Shown here piece after piece: positions 31,051-40,858 of a stretch of DNA of 64,000 bases. The DNA comes from a virus (taxonomy: Duplodnaviria; Caudoviricetes), in IMG/VR virus record IMGVR_UViG_3300017917_001798, positions 1,134 through 65,133 of that record; one strand, written 5' to 3'. Within the stretch, counting starts at the first letter, position 1. Every line of letters begins with the position of its first letter. The notes beneath the pieces were generated by a model. That model saw only the letters and a program-made list of their open reading frames with translations. It was not told the origin of the DNA and ran no database searches. The translations under genes and the position numbers were made by a program.

Positions 31051-31052
31051 TT

Positions 31053-31253
31053 ATGGAAGAATTATTTAAAACATATGAAGAATATAAACAATATGTTAAC
31101 GAAGAATGGGAACAAGGGTATATAAATGAACTATATGAAAGTGGATTAATAGTTGAAGTAAAGGAATCATTTGATTATGAATGTGAGTCTAAACAAATAA
31201 ACTATCGTAAACTAACAGAAGAAGAATTTAAAATATTTATGTCAAATAATTAA
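31053..31253 (+). CDS. Hypothetical acidic protein
   Basis: 66-aa ORF starting in junction repeat 1. Confidence 0.6.
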   Translation: MEELFKTYEEYKQYVNEEWEQGYINELYESGLIVEVKESFDYECESKQINYRKLTEEEFKIFMSNN

Positions 31254-31256
31254 AAT

Positions 31257-31694
31257 ATGATAAAATTAAGTGACATTTTAGAAAATTTAAACCTTAAAGC
31301 TAGTAGGGTTTACCCTGAAGTAGAATTAGTTCCCTACGATGATAGTTTTCGTAAACTTATGGGAGATGGATTTGTTATAATAGATAAAAAATCATCCAAT
31401 AAGATAGGTGCTGTATCTATTAGAAACATAGATGGGATAAATAATGTTGTGTATTCTATTCATATACATGACGAATTTAGAGGAAAATCATTTGCTGTCT
31501 CTACATATGTTGAATTAGCTAAAATTTTAGGTAGTGTATGCTCAGGTGAATTTCGAGAAAATGGTACACCAACTTCATTTGTTAGTAATGAAGCCAACAA
31601 TGTTTGGAAACGTCTAAATGAGATTTTTAAAATTGAAAAAATACCAATACAAGGAGACAAATTCAGATATTGTCTTAAAAAAGAAAATATATAG
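31257..31694 (+). CDS. GNAT-like protein with MIKLSDILE N-terminus
   Basis: I.IHDEFRGKSFA...Y acetyl-CoA-binding-like motif, S.EA..VW..L; late motif at 31233. Confidence 0.65.
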   Translation: MIKLSDILENLNLKASRVYPEVELVPYDDSFRKLMGDGFVIIDKKSSNKIGAVSIRNIDGINNVVYSIHIHDEFRGKSFAVSTYVELAKILGSVCSGEFRENGTPTSFVSNEANNVWKRLNEIFKIEKIPIQGDKFRYCLKKENI

Positions 31695-31718
31695 AGTAAA
31701 AACATTAAACGTATAATT

Positions 31719-31901
31719 ATGGCATTTGGAATTAATTTTACAGAAGAAGAAGCAGAAGAAGATAGATTTCATTATGAAGTTCATAAAAGAGTTACAGAAG
31801 AATGGGAAAAAGAAAAGAAACAGAGACTTAAACAAGACAATAAAATTAAATCTTTAGTAAAGTCTTTAGTTAAAAATCTAAATAAAACATTAAACGTATA
31901 A
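31719..31901 (+). CDS. Hypothetical protein ending in the QueE C-terminal hexapeptide
   Basis: Ends NKTLNV*, as QueE does. Confidence 0.55.
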   Translation: MAFGINFTEEEAEEDRFHYEVHKRVTEEWEKEKKQRLKQDNKIKSLVKSLVKNLNKTLNV

Positions 31902-31904
31902 ATT

Positions 31905-32144
31905 ATGGCAAAAGATCATTGTGTAATATGTGGTGTAGAAACACCGTATGATTACGAAACTCATATTGATATGAGAATAGGTTATATCGAAGGTGCTGGA
32001 CAACTATGTAAAACATGTTATGACGGAGATAGCAATAAACGTTATATTACTATATCTGAAAAACTAGTTGAAAAATATCCTAACGATCAAATACTGGGAG
32101 GCAAGGTAAGAGAATTATATTGGGAAAATAAAATAAATAAATAA
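31905..32144 (+). CDS. Small Zn-finger-like protein
   Basis: C..CG..T.Y....HID.R.GY.EG.GQLC..C; PND..LG..VR. Confidence 0.75.
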   Translation: MAKDHCVICGVETPYDYETHIDMRIGYIEGAGQLCKTCYDGDSNKRYITISEKLVEKYPNDQILGGKVRELYWENKINK

Positions 32145-32779
32145 TGGAATTATTAAAAAAATCAAACGGTAGTATGGCTCGTACTCCCGAAGAAGTAGAG
32201 CAAATGATAGCAAAGGCAGCTAATGCTTATGGGCAGTTTCTCAATGCAGTTGGATTCGATTATACAGCCGATAGACAAACAGTCGATACTCCTCGTCGTG
32301 TAGCAAAAGCATGGCTTAAAGATCTCATTGTAGGTAGTATATCAGATGAACCAAATATTACAGTATTTCCTAATGATGAACAGTATGATGGACTAGTAAT
32401 CCAATCAGGTATTCCTATCGTTAGTATGTGTGCACATCATAATTTAGCATTTACTGGATATGCTACTGTAGCATACGTTCCTGATGAAAACGTTATTGGA
32501 TTATCAAAATTAAATCGTATTGTTGAATGGTTTAGTCGTCGTCCACAAATGCAAGAATCGTTAACTACACAAATTCACGATTATATTGCTGATAAGATGG
32601 AATGCGAATCAGTAGCTGTAAGTATTGCTTGTAAACATACATGTTGCTCACACAGAGGTATTAAGCATGGTTCTGTAATGACAACAAATAAATTTAGTGG
32701 TGTGTTTATGGAAAAGGACAACTTAATTAGAGAAGAGTTCTTACACGCTATTGAAGTGAATGGTACACCTTTAAAATAA
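32144..32779 (+). CDS. folE: GTP cyclohydrolase I
   Basis: TP.RVAK, SMCAHH, GLSKLNR, RRPQMQE, H.C...RG. Confidence 0.96.
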   Translation: MELLKKSNGSMARTPEEVEQMIAKAANAYGQFLNAVGFDYTADRQTVDTPRRVAKAWLKDLIVGSISDEPNITVFPNDEQYDGLVIQSGIPIVSMCAHHNLAFTGYATVAYVPDENVIGLSKLNRIVEWFSRRPQMQESLTTQIHDYIADKMECESVAVSIACKHTCCSHRGIKHGSVMTTNKFSGVFMEKDNLIREEFLHAIEVNGTPLK

Positions 32780-32784
32780 TTAAT

Positions 32785-33372
32785 ATGACAATAACAGAAA
32801 AATTTTACACCATTACTGGTGAGCCTAAAGAAGATGAAATAGATAATCTTACCTACGGTTTACAAAACCTAACAGCAGAACAACAAAAACAAGTAGAAGA
32901 ACTACTAAAAGATCTTATAGGTTTTGGTAAAATAGAGTGGATAGAATTACCTACTGCATTGACTAAAAACAGTAAAGGTGAGGACGTAACGGTAGCAGCT
33001 AAGACTAGAAAAATTGATGACAATGGGGATAACCATGCAGAATTTCTCAAAGGTAAAACTTGCTATCTATACCAGATAGTATACTCACCTGTACTTTACG
33101 ACCCAAGTATTGTAAACATCCCAGTAAAAGACGGCTGTGTATTTGCTCCTACAATTTATAATCCTGAAACATTTGAGCCGACACAAAGTATTACATTAAC
33201 TTGGTCACCTGACTTTCCTCAAGATATTGATGCACCTGAAAGAACATATGAAGATGACAAACAAATGATTCGTGATATGTTAGAGAAGGTATTAGCTAAC
33301 CCAAAAGAATACAAACCAAAAGGTAAAAGAGGATTAATGATTCGATATGCTTTAGATAAAACAGAAGAATAA
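32785..33372 (+). CDS. Hypothetical protein
   Basis: 195-aa ORF. Confidence 0.7.
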   Translation: MTITEKFYTITGEPKEDEIDNLTYGLQNLTAEQQKQVEELLKDLIGFGKIEWIELPTALTKNSKGEDVTVAAKTRKIDDNGDNHAEFLKGKTCYLYQIVYSPVLYDPSIVNIPVKDGCVFAPTIYNPETFEPTQSITLTWSPDFPQDIDAPERTYEDDKQMIRDMLEKVLANPKEYKPKGKRGLMIRYALDKTEE

Positions 33373-33373
33373 T

Positions 33374-33544
33374 ATGCAACCAAAAGAATCAAAATCAAGC
33401 TGGCACTTCACTGTCAGTTTGATTAAATCATTTATAAGAATATTTGCCGGTATTGCTTTAATGTATGGAGATCAGTGGTATTTAAATGCTGCTGGTGGAA
33501 TGTTAATTGGAGCTGAAGTACTTGGTATTGTAGAAGAATTTTAA
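33374..33544 (+). CDS. Small membrane protein (56 aa)
   Basis: HF.VSLIKS.IRI.AG...AEVLGIVEE; two hydrophobic segments. Confidence 0.65.
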   Translation: MQPKESKSSWHFTVSLIKSFIRIFAGIALMYGDQWYLNAAGGMLIGAEVLGIVEEF

Positions 33545-33558
33545 TAAATTTAAATAAT

Positions 33559-34068
33559 ATGTTAAACGCAAAACAAATCGTAGATGAAGGTCTACTACTA
33601 TTAGAACGAACACAAGGTAAGTCAGCTCAAGTGGGGTATGATATTACTATTAAACAAGTAAATAAGATAGGAACACAAAACGGAAATGGTAAGGTTGGTA
33701 GGGTTTTAAAAGACAAAACCGAACTAACAACATACACACCCTATCCTTTAATGAATTTAGATGGAGTAAACGGATGGATGTTATATCCTGGAGTATATGA
33801 TATTACATTTAATGAAGGTTGTAAACTACCTGATAATCGTGTAGCATTCATAAAACAAAGATCATCACTGTATAGAAACGGAGCTATAATTAATAGTCCT
33901 GTATTTGATCCTGGATTTGAAACTGAATTTATGGGTACATTGATGTATGTTCATGAAACCATATTCATTGAAGAAAATGCTCGTGTAGCACAAATTTACT
34001 TTCATGAATGTGAACCTGCAGAAAAGTACGATGGGCAGTGGCAAGGTGATAAACAAAGAAATCAATAA
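33559..34068 (+). CDS. dCTP deaminase / trimeric dUTPase family
   Basis: GYDI, RSSL.R.G, DPGF, RVAQ, YDGQWQ. Confidence 0.85.
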   Translation: MLNAKQIVDEGLLLLERTQGKSAQVGYDITIKQVNKIGTQNGNGKVGRVLKDKTELTTYTPYPLMNLDGVNGWMLYPGVYDITFNEGCKLPDNRVAFIKQRSSLYRNGAIINSPVFDPGFETEFMGTLMYVHETIFIEENARVAQIYFHECEPAEKYDGQWQGDKQRNQ

Positions 34069-34107
34069 TAAAGTGGGGGTTCAAAACCCCCATCTTACAT
34101 TTAACTT

Positions 34108-36684
34108 ATGTATCAAACAATATTCTACGACGGAAAACCAAATTATTCATTTCATTTAAGAGATGATAAAAATGGGTGGACCGAATTTAAATATAATCCT
34201 CCTAGATATCAGATTGACGCAAACGGTCAATATCCTACATTAGATGGTAAACGCGCTAAAGCTGTTACTAAATATGAATGGAACGACAATCATCTATATG
34301 AATCTGATATTGATAGACTTACAGCCGTTTTAATTGATAAATATAAAGACAGCGATGATGCTCCTGAATGGCATAATATAGTTTACTTTGATATTGAGTG
34401 TGAAATAGGTGGAGCATTAACATCTGAATATATTAAATCAGCGCCAATGAAGATTACTTCAATCTCATTGTATGATGCTACAGCTAAAAAATATTACTGT
34501 CTTATATTAGATGAAAAAAACGAATTAACATCTATTAATGAAGAAGACAAGCAAGTAGTACCTTGCTCTAGTGAGACTGAATTATTACAATTATTCCTTA
34601 CATTATGGGAAAGTGTTGATCCAACTATTATCACAGGATGGAATAGTGGCTTCTTCGATGTACCTTATCTATATTATAGATTATGTAATGTGTTAGGTAA
34701 AGATGAAGCATCTCGCCTATCACCTATTCGTAAATTTAAATTTACTGAGTGGGATCAAAGCCAACCTATTGAGATAGGAGGTATTAATCATCTTGATTAT
34801 TTATTACTTTATAAGAAGTACAATCCTAAAAACGAACCATCATATAAGCTAGGTGATATAGGAACTAAATATGTTAAATTAGGTAAGATAGAATATGAGG
34901 GTAATTTAGATCGTTTATTTAGAGATGACGTAAACAAATATATAGAGTATAACATTCGCGACGTTGAAATTATTATTGAATTAGAAAAGAAATTTAAATT
35001 TATTGAACTAACAGTAGCGATATGTCACCTATGTCATGTACCATATGAACAAATTTATTTATCTACTGTATTAAACGATGGAGCTATATTAACATATCTA
35101 AAACGTAATAATATAGTTTCACCTAATAAACCAACTACTGTTAATCCCTCTCTTAAAGAGGCATATGAGGAATACGCAGGTGGGTATTTAAAAGACCCAG
35201 TACCTGGACTTTACGAATGGGTTATTGACTTAGACTTTACATCGTTGTATCCGTCTATTATACGTTCTTTAAATATTGGTATTGAAACATTTGTAGGTCG
35301 TATTGTAAATAAAAACAAATACGATAATAATTGGACATTGACTGATTTAAAACAAATGGATCCTGATGAAAGAATTACAATTGAAAGATTAACAGACAAA
35401 TATACTACACAACAGACAATTGTAAAAGTAGACACATTGATATCTTTAATTGAGGAAAATAACTGGTTAATTGCAGCATCTGGAGCTATGTTCAGAACAG
35501 ATCGTCCCTCAGTAGTATGTGATGTATTAACTGACTGGTTCAATAAACGTGTTGAATATAAGAATAAAATGAAGAAAGCATATAAGTCAGGTGATGCTGT
35601 CAAGGGTGAATTTTATAATAGACGACAACACGCTTATAAAATTAAACTAAATGACGTTTATGGTTGTTACGCTATTAATGGTTGGCGCTATACTGATGGA
35701 CATAAAATGCTATCCAAAGCAATTACGTTAACTGGTCAGCGATTAGATCAAGAATCTATTAAGTTCGTAAATAAATGGATGAATGAACAATTAGATACAG
35801 AAGACAAGGATTACGTAGTAACTGCTGATACAGATTCACTGTTTATTAATGTTAAAGATTTAGTATTACAACGATATCCCGAAACTAAAACTAAGGATGA
35901 ATATATTAAAGCAGTATTAGAGATTGCTACAGAAATACAAGCAGCAGCAAACGAATATATTAATACTTTTACTAAAATTGCGCTTAATGTTAAAGAACGC
36001 CCCCATTACTTTGAATTAAAGCAAGAGGTTATTATTGAAAGGGGATATTTTGCAGGCAAACGCCGTTATGCAATGTATATTGTAAATAAGGAAGGTGTTA
36101 CAGTTGATGAATTAGATATGAAGGGTTTAGATCTAATGAAATCAAATATGACTCCAATGTATTCTAAGTTTGGAGAGAAATTGATTCAAGATATTATGTT
36201 TGGTAAGCCTAAAGCAGAAATTGATCAACAAATAATTGACTTTAAAAAATATGTTAAAAATATTCCTATTGAAGATGTAGCAAAACCAACAGGAGTTAAA
36301 AACATAGAATCATATATTGAACGCACACCTAAATCAGGTGAAATATTCAGTACATTAAAATTAAAATGTCCTATTAATACTAAAGCAGCTATATATTACA
36401 ACGATTTACTTAAATTCAAAAAAGCACAAAATAAATACCCTTTATTTATGGCTGGAGATAAAATGAAGTATATTCAATTAAAAACAAATCCATATAATAT
36501 TGATGTTATTGGATTTACAGGTAATGATCCTGACTTTATAGTTAAATTAATTGATGAGTTTGCTGATAGGGAAGAGGGATTTGAATCAACGTTACTAAAT
36601 AAATTAAAATCAATCTATGAAGATTTAGGTTGGTCGTTTCCTAGCTTAAATGATAAAGTAAATAAATTCTTTAAATTTGTTTAA
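34108..36684 (+). CDS. Family B DNA polymerase (gp43-like)
   Basis: Exo DIE, GWN...FD; pol DFTSLYPS, KIKLN..YG, DTDS, KRRY. Confidence 0.97.
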   Translation: MYQTIFYDGKPNYSFHLRDDKNGWTEFKYNPPRYQIDANGQYPTLDGKRAKAVTKYEWNDNHLYESDIDRLTAVLIDKYKDSDDAPEWHNIVYFDIECEIGGALTSEYIKSAPMKITSISLYDATAKKYYCLILDEKNELTSINEEDKQVVPCSSETELLQLFLTLWESVDPTIITGWNSGFFDVPYLYYRLCNVLGKDEASRLSPIRKFKFTEWDQSQPIEIGGINHLDYLLLYKKYNPKNEPSYKLGDIGTKYVKLGKIEYEGNLDRLFRDDVNKYIEYNIRDVEIIIELEKKFKFIELTVAICHLCHVPYEQIYLSTVLNDGAILTYLKRNNIVSPNKPTTVNPSLKEAYEEYAGGYLKDPVPGLYEWVIDLDFTSLYPSIIRSLNIGIETFVGRIVNKNKYDNNWTLTDLKQMDPDERITIERLTDKYTTQQTIVKVDTLISLIEENNWLIAASGAMFRTDRPSVVCDVLTDWFNKRVEYKNKMKKAYKSGDAVKGEFYNRRQHAYKIKLNDVYGCYAINGWRYTDGHKMLSKAITLTGQRLDQESIKFVNKWMNEQLDTEDKDYVVTADTDSLFINVKDLVLQRYPETKTKDEYIKAVLEIATEIQAAANEYINTFTKIALNVKERPHYFELKQEVIIERGYFAGKRRYAMYIVNKEGVTVDELDMKGLDLMKSNMTPMYSKFGEKLIQDIMFGKPKAEIDQQIIDFKKYVKNIPIEDVAKPTGVKNIESYIERTPKSGEIFSTLKLKCPINTKAAIYYNDLLKFKKAQNKYPLFMAGDKMKYIQLKTNPYNIDVIGFTGNDPDFIVKLIDEFADREEGFESTLLNKLKSIYEDLGWSFPSLNDKVNKFFKFV

Positions 36685-36711
36685 ACCAAATAAAAATCAT
36701 ACATTCATAAT

Positions 36712-37443
36712 ATGGAAAAACTATTATTAACATCAATTATTGAAAAATACCACCTTGGTGGATTACATGAAAAAGTAAAATGGACTGTAAAAGACAATAA
36801 AGTAAATATACTTTTCACATCTCCAACTAAAGACTTAGCAGGTTCAATTGAAGCTGACGGTTTTGAAGTAGATGATTGTATTTTAGGAGTTTACGATACT
36901 GAAAAATTACTTAAAATAATCAATATTACTAATCAATTTATTACGTTAACTGTAGAAACTAAGAACAACGTTGCTACTAAAATGTTAATAGCAGATAACG
37001 AATACGACTTAGTATACCATTTAGCCGATTTAAGGATGATGTCTACGGAAACAATGGTATTAGATGAATCTTTAATTGATTTTGCTTATTCGTTTACTAT
37101 TGATAAGGAATTTATTGATAGATACAATAAAGCTAAAAAAGCATTAGGTAGTGATGAAGTAAAAATACAAGCGTTAATTAATGAAGAAGGTAACAAAGGT
37201 ATTTACTTTACGCTTGGCGGTAAGACATCACATGATAATAAAATAAGCTTTCAAGCGCCCGCCGATAAAATGGAAATACCATCATCCGAATTCTTATTTA
37301 ATGCTAATTATTTATTAGAGATATTCGCTACTAATAAGGGAGCAACAGGAACAGGATATTTTGATGAGAATGGTATTTTAAAGATAGAGTTTATAGACGA
37401 AAAAAATATTAAAAGCTTATATTATTTACCACCAAAAAACTAA
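36712..37443 (+). CDS. Sliding clamp (gp45-like)
   Basis: 243-aa beta-rich ORF directly after PolB; size and synteny. Confidence 0.7.
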   Translation: MEKLLLTSIIEKYHLGGLHEKVKWTVKDNKVNILFTSPTKDLAGSIEADGFEVDDCILGVYDTEKLLKIINITNQFITLTVETKNNVATKMLIADNEYDLVYHLADLRMMSTETMVLDESLIDFAYSFTIDKEFIDRYNKAKKALGSDEVKIQALINEEGNKGIYFTLGGKTSHDNKISFQAPADKMEIPSSEFLFNANYLLEIFATNKGATGTGYFDENGILKIEFIDEKNIKSLYYLPPKN

Positions 37444-37486
37444 TCTATATATATTTATCAATAGATAATATTAAAATAAAAACATA

Positions 37487-37762
37487 ATGAAAAAACAACT
37501 TAACGAAATGAAAAGAATGCAGCAATTAGCTGGAATTACTAATGAAGCCTTTAATCTATTTCTAGATACTGAAGAAGGTGGATATATGAGACAATACATT
37601 GATGATGTAGTTGAAGACAGTATGAATGAACCAGAATCATTAAATTTAGAGTATCGCTCTGATTTTGATATAGCTTTTGATGAAGCACTAGCTCGTTTAA
37701 GAAATGATCATCCTGAATTGGATTTTAATGCTATTATAGCTAATAAAGAAAGTTTCTTTTAA
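37487..37762 (+). CDS. Acidic hypothetical protein with E.KRMQQLAGI N-terminus
   Basis: MKKQLNEMKRMQQLAGITNE; late motif at 37451. Confidence 0.75.
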   Translation: MKKQLNEMKRMQQLAGITNEAFNLFLDTEEGGYMRQYIDDVVEDSMNEPESLNLEYRSDFDIAFDEALARLRNDHPELDFNAIIANKESFF

Positions 37763-37877
37763 TAGTAATACTTTTACTTTTTACATACGTATATACGACA
37801 TAACAATAAGATACTTGACAGGTCTTCATATTATTAATTAACCGCTCACCTTAGGGGAGCACAAAAACAAAAACAAA

Positions 37878-38450
37878 ATGAGTAAAACTACAGACGTGTT
37901 CGTAGTAACGAACGGAACAACAACAACAGGCACATTAACAAATAGCCTTACCCTATCAGGTACAACAAGTGCTTTTAACACAGGAGGTTATGTATCTAAT
38001 AACTTCGCTAATTACAATTATCCCACTTACAATGACTTTTGGAAATTTGATGAAGAATTTGATCTTCTATGGAAATCATTCTTTTCAAATGATGGTTACA
38101 AACCAATCAAAGAAAAAGTAGCAGGTGTCCCTTGCGACATTCAAGAAACAGACAACGGCCTACGCATTGAGCTTGCAGCAGTAGGCCTTGAAAAATCAGA
38201 TATCGACATTATTATTGATTCAGAAACGCTTCGTGTGGCTTATCGTAAAAGTGATAAAGAAGATGAAGCAGAAAAGAATGAGTACAGATATCTATTACGC
38301 TCAATTAAAAAATCAAGTTTTGATCTTGCTTGGAAAATTTCAAGTAAATATAATCTCCAAGAGCTAGAAGCTAAATTGGATAAAGGATTATTGACTTTGG
38401 ATATCCCATTTGCAAAAGAAAATAAACCAACAAAGGTTACAATTAAATAA
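37878..38450 (+). CDS. Small heat-shock protein (Hsp20) with Thr/Asn-rich N-terminal extension
   Basis: P.DI.E...IELA..G..K.DI.I, A.L..GLL...IP alpha-crystallin domain. Confidence 0.9.
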   Translation: MSKTTDVFVVTNGTTTTGTLTNSLTLSGTTSAFNTGGYVSNNFANYNYPTYNDFWKFDEEFDLLWKSFFSNDGYKPIKEKVAGVPCDIQETDNGLRIELAAVGLEKSDIDIIIDSETLRVAYRKSDKEDEAEKNEYRYLLRSIKKSSFDLAWKISSKYNLQELEAKLDKGLLTLDIPFAKENKPTKVTIK

Positions 38451-38504
38451 GTTTTGAAAACCGAAGACCTGTCATTATCTTCATTAAACAAAAAAAAATA
38501 GTTT

Positions 38505-38744
38505 ATGAAAGTAACAATTGATAAAATTCTAAATTTAGATGGAACATGGCAAGGATACAAACTAACTCCTTGGACTGCTTATGGAAAATATGAATGGAAA
38601 AATCCTGGTAAGCAATTTCAAACATTAGATGAAATAATTGAATATTATCAATTGCAAAATATACGCGAATTGGGTACAAGATATTCTTATGATAATAAAG
38701 ATAGAAAATATGGTATTGAACAATACGAAGCAATTTTAAATTAG
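38505..38744 (+). CDS. Hypothetical protein
   Basis: 79-aa ORF between hsp20 and groES. Confidence 0.6.
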   Translation: MKVTIDKILNLDGTWQGYKLTPWTAYGKYEWKNPGKQFQTLDEIIEYYQLQNIRELGTRYSYDNKDRKYGIEQYEAILN

Positions 38745-38751
38745 TAAAAAT

Positions 38752-39042
38752 ATGAAAATAAAACCGTTACACAACCACGTTGTAATTAAACAACAAGATG
38801 AAACTGAGACAATGTATGGAAACATTGTAGTCCCCGATTTAGGAAAGGAAAAACCACTTATGGGTGAAGTTATTGCTGTAGGACCCGGAATGTATTCCGT
38901 AACCGGGACATTTATTGAAAATAAAGTGCAAGTAGGGGAAACAGTAGTATTTCCTGCTTTTGGTGGAACCAAAATGACTATTGAAGGGGAAGAATACGTT
39001 GTAATGAAAGAACAAGATTTGTTAGCAATTTTAGAAAAATAA
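38752..39042 (+). CDS. groES: Co-chaperonin GroES
   Basis: IKPL...V, G.I..P, GEVIAVGPG, E.DLLAI. Confidence 0.96.
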   Translation: MKIKPLHNHVVIKQQDETETMYGNIVVPDLGKEKPLMGEVIAVGPGMYSVTGTFIENKVQVGETVVFPAFGGTKMTIEGEEYVVMKEQDLLAILEK

Positions 39043-39045
39043 AAT

Positions 39046-39237
39046 ATGACCTCCTACGATATAGACATAGAATGTCCAAAATGTGGTGTTGTAAATGAAG
39101 TTAATTATGGGCAATACGATGGAATGGGAGGGTGTTTTAATAATATGCCTAATACAAATTGTTGGAATTGTAAAGAACTTATACAATTAGATTTAAATGA
39201 AAACGAATACAAAATAAAGGAAACAAAATATGAGTAA
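39046..39237 (+). CDS. Small Zn-ribbon protein inserted between groES and groEL
   Basis: CPKC...CWNC. Confidence 0.6.
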   Translation: MTSYDIDIECPKCGVVNEVNYGQYDGMGGCFNNMPNTNCWNCKELIQLDLNENEYKIKETKYE

Positions 39238-40849
39238 AATAATAAGTTTTAATCGCGAAGCGAAAGAAAAACTACAAACGGGTATTGATAAAATCAATAA
39301 CGCTGTAGCAGTTACAATGGGTCCTTATGGACGTAATGTGTTAATTGAAAAAGAACACGGACAAGTAGTATCTACTAAAGACGGTGTTACTGTAGCTAAA
39401 ACCATTACGTTGGAAGATCCAATTGAAAATATGGCAGCAACTGTAATTAAGCAAGCAGCATCTAAAACAGTAGATGCAGCAGGTGATGGTACTACTACAT
39501 CAACTGTATTAGCGCACTCTATTGCATCCCGAGCATTACAAGCAACATCTTACCCTTCAGTTAATACTACCCAAGTAAAACGTGGTATTGAAGATGCAGT
39601 TAAAACAGTAGTAGCTGAATTGAAAAAATTATCAATTGATATTACAGATGAAAAGCAAATTAAACAAATTGCTACGTTATCAGCTAATGGAGATGAAGAA
39701 ATTGGTGAATTGGTAGCTACAGCTATTGATAAAGTAGGACGCGATGGAGTAGTAACAGTAGAAGAATCTCGTTCTGGTGAAACGTTGCTTGAAATAGTAG
39801 AAGGATTACAATTTGATAGAGGATATAAATCACCTTATATGGTGACAGATAACAATTCAATGCAAGCTATATTGGATAAAGCGTTGATATTATTATTTGA
39901 TGGTAAAATAAGTGCTGTGAAGGATTTATTACCTATTTTAGAACGTGTATCTCAAGAAAATAAATCTCTATTGATTATTGCTGAAGATATCGATGGTGAA
40001 GCTTTATCTACTCTTATTGTTAACAAAATGAGAGGAGCATTAAAGGTAGTAGCTGTTAAAGCACCTGATTTTGGAGAACGTAGAACACTTATTTTAGAAG
40101 ATATAGCTACTGTAACTGGTGGTACTTTAGTTTCACCTACTAAAGGTATGAAATTAGATAAATTTAATATGGATTGGTTTGGTGAGGCTAGAACAGTTAC
40201 TGTAGGTAAGGAAACAACAACTATAGTTGATGGTAAAGGTGATGTTGAGAAAATTGACGCTCGTATTTTAGAATTAAAATCTCAAATTGAAGGATCTAAT
40301 TCACCATATGAAATCGAACGTTTACAAGATCGTTTAGCTAAAATGATTGGTGGTGTTGCTATTATTAATGTAGGTGGTGGTACTGAAATTGAAATGAAAG
40401 AGAAAAAAGACCGCATTGATGATGCTTTACAAGCTACTAAAGCAGCACTTGAAGAAGGTATCTTACCGGGTGCTGGTGTAGCGTTATTACATGCTAGAAA
40501 GGCTATCACTAATACAGACAATACAGATTATGGTAAAGGAGGTAAAATAATATTTGAAGCTTGCTATGCTCCACTTGAACAAATTCTTAATAATGCTGGT
40601 GAAAAACCAATTTATTGGGCAATGAGTATTCATCAAGATGAAAATCCTTCTGCAGTACCTATGATAGAAGCTCAACAACTGGTAGATGCATATGAAGCGG
40701 GTATCATCGATCCAACTAAAGTAGTACGTTGTGCTTTAGAAAATGCAGCCGCAGCAGCTATTACGTTACTAATGACTGAATGTGTTATTCACGACAAACC
40801 AAATGAAAAGAAGAAAGATGAATTTGATATGTCAGCATTAGGAATGTAA
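39230..40849 (+). CDS. groEL: Chaperonin GroEL
   Basis: TMGP.GRNV, TKDGVTVAK, GDGTTT, FDRGY.SPY, KAP.FG.RR, GIIDPTKV.R. Confidence 0.98.
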   Translation: MSKIISFNREAKEKLQTGIDKINNAVAVTMGPYGRNVLIEKEHGQVVSTKDGVTVAKTITLEDPIENMAATVIKQAASKTVDAAGDGTTTSTVLAHSIASRALQATSYPSVNTTQVKRGIEDAVKTVVAELKKLSIDITDEKQIKQIATLSANGDEEIGELVATAIDKVGRDGVVTVEESRSGETLLEIVEGLQFDRGYKSPYMVTDNNSMQAILDKALILLFDGKISAVKDLLPILERVSQENKSLLIIAEDIDGEALSTLIVNKMRGALKVVAVKAPDFGERRTLILEDIATVTGGTLVSPTKGMKLDKFNMDWFGEARTVTVGKETTTIVDGKGDVEKIDARILELKSQIEGSNSPYEIERLQDRLAKMIGGVAIINVGGGTEIEMKEKKDRIDDALQATKAALEEGILPGAGVALLHARKAITNTDNTDYGKGGKIIFEACYAPLEQILNNAGEKPIYWAMSIHQDENPSAVPMIEAQQLVDAYEAGIIDPTKVVRCALENAAAAAITLLMTECVIHDKPNEKKKDEFDMSALGM

Positions 40850-40858
40850 ATTTAATAC

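Larger units (their letters stand above)
31030..31910 (+). repeat. Three direct copies of the queE-end/next-start junction
   Basis: AAAACATTAAACGTATAA(A)TTATGG at 31030-31056, 31697-31724, 31881-31910. Confidence 0.9.

Noticed and set aside
31030-31910. Possible CRISPR array
   Set aside because: Only three non-palindromic repeats with gene-sized, unequal spacers; no cas operon (the 43506 nuclease is a stand-alone replication-region gene)
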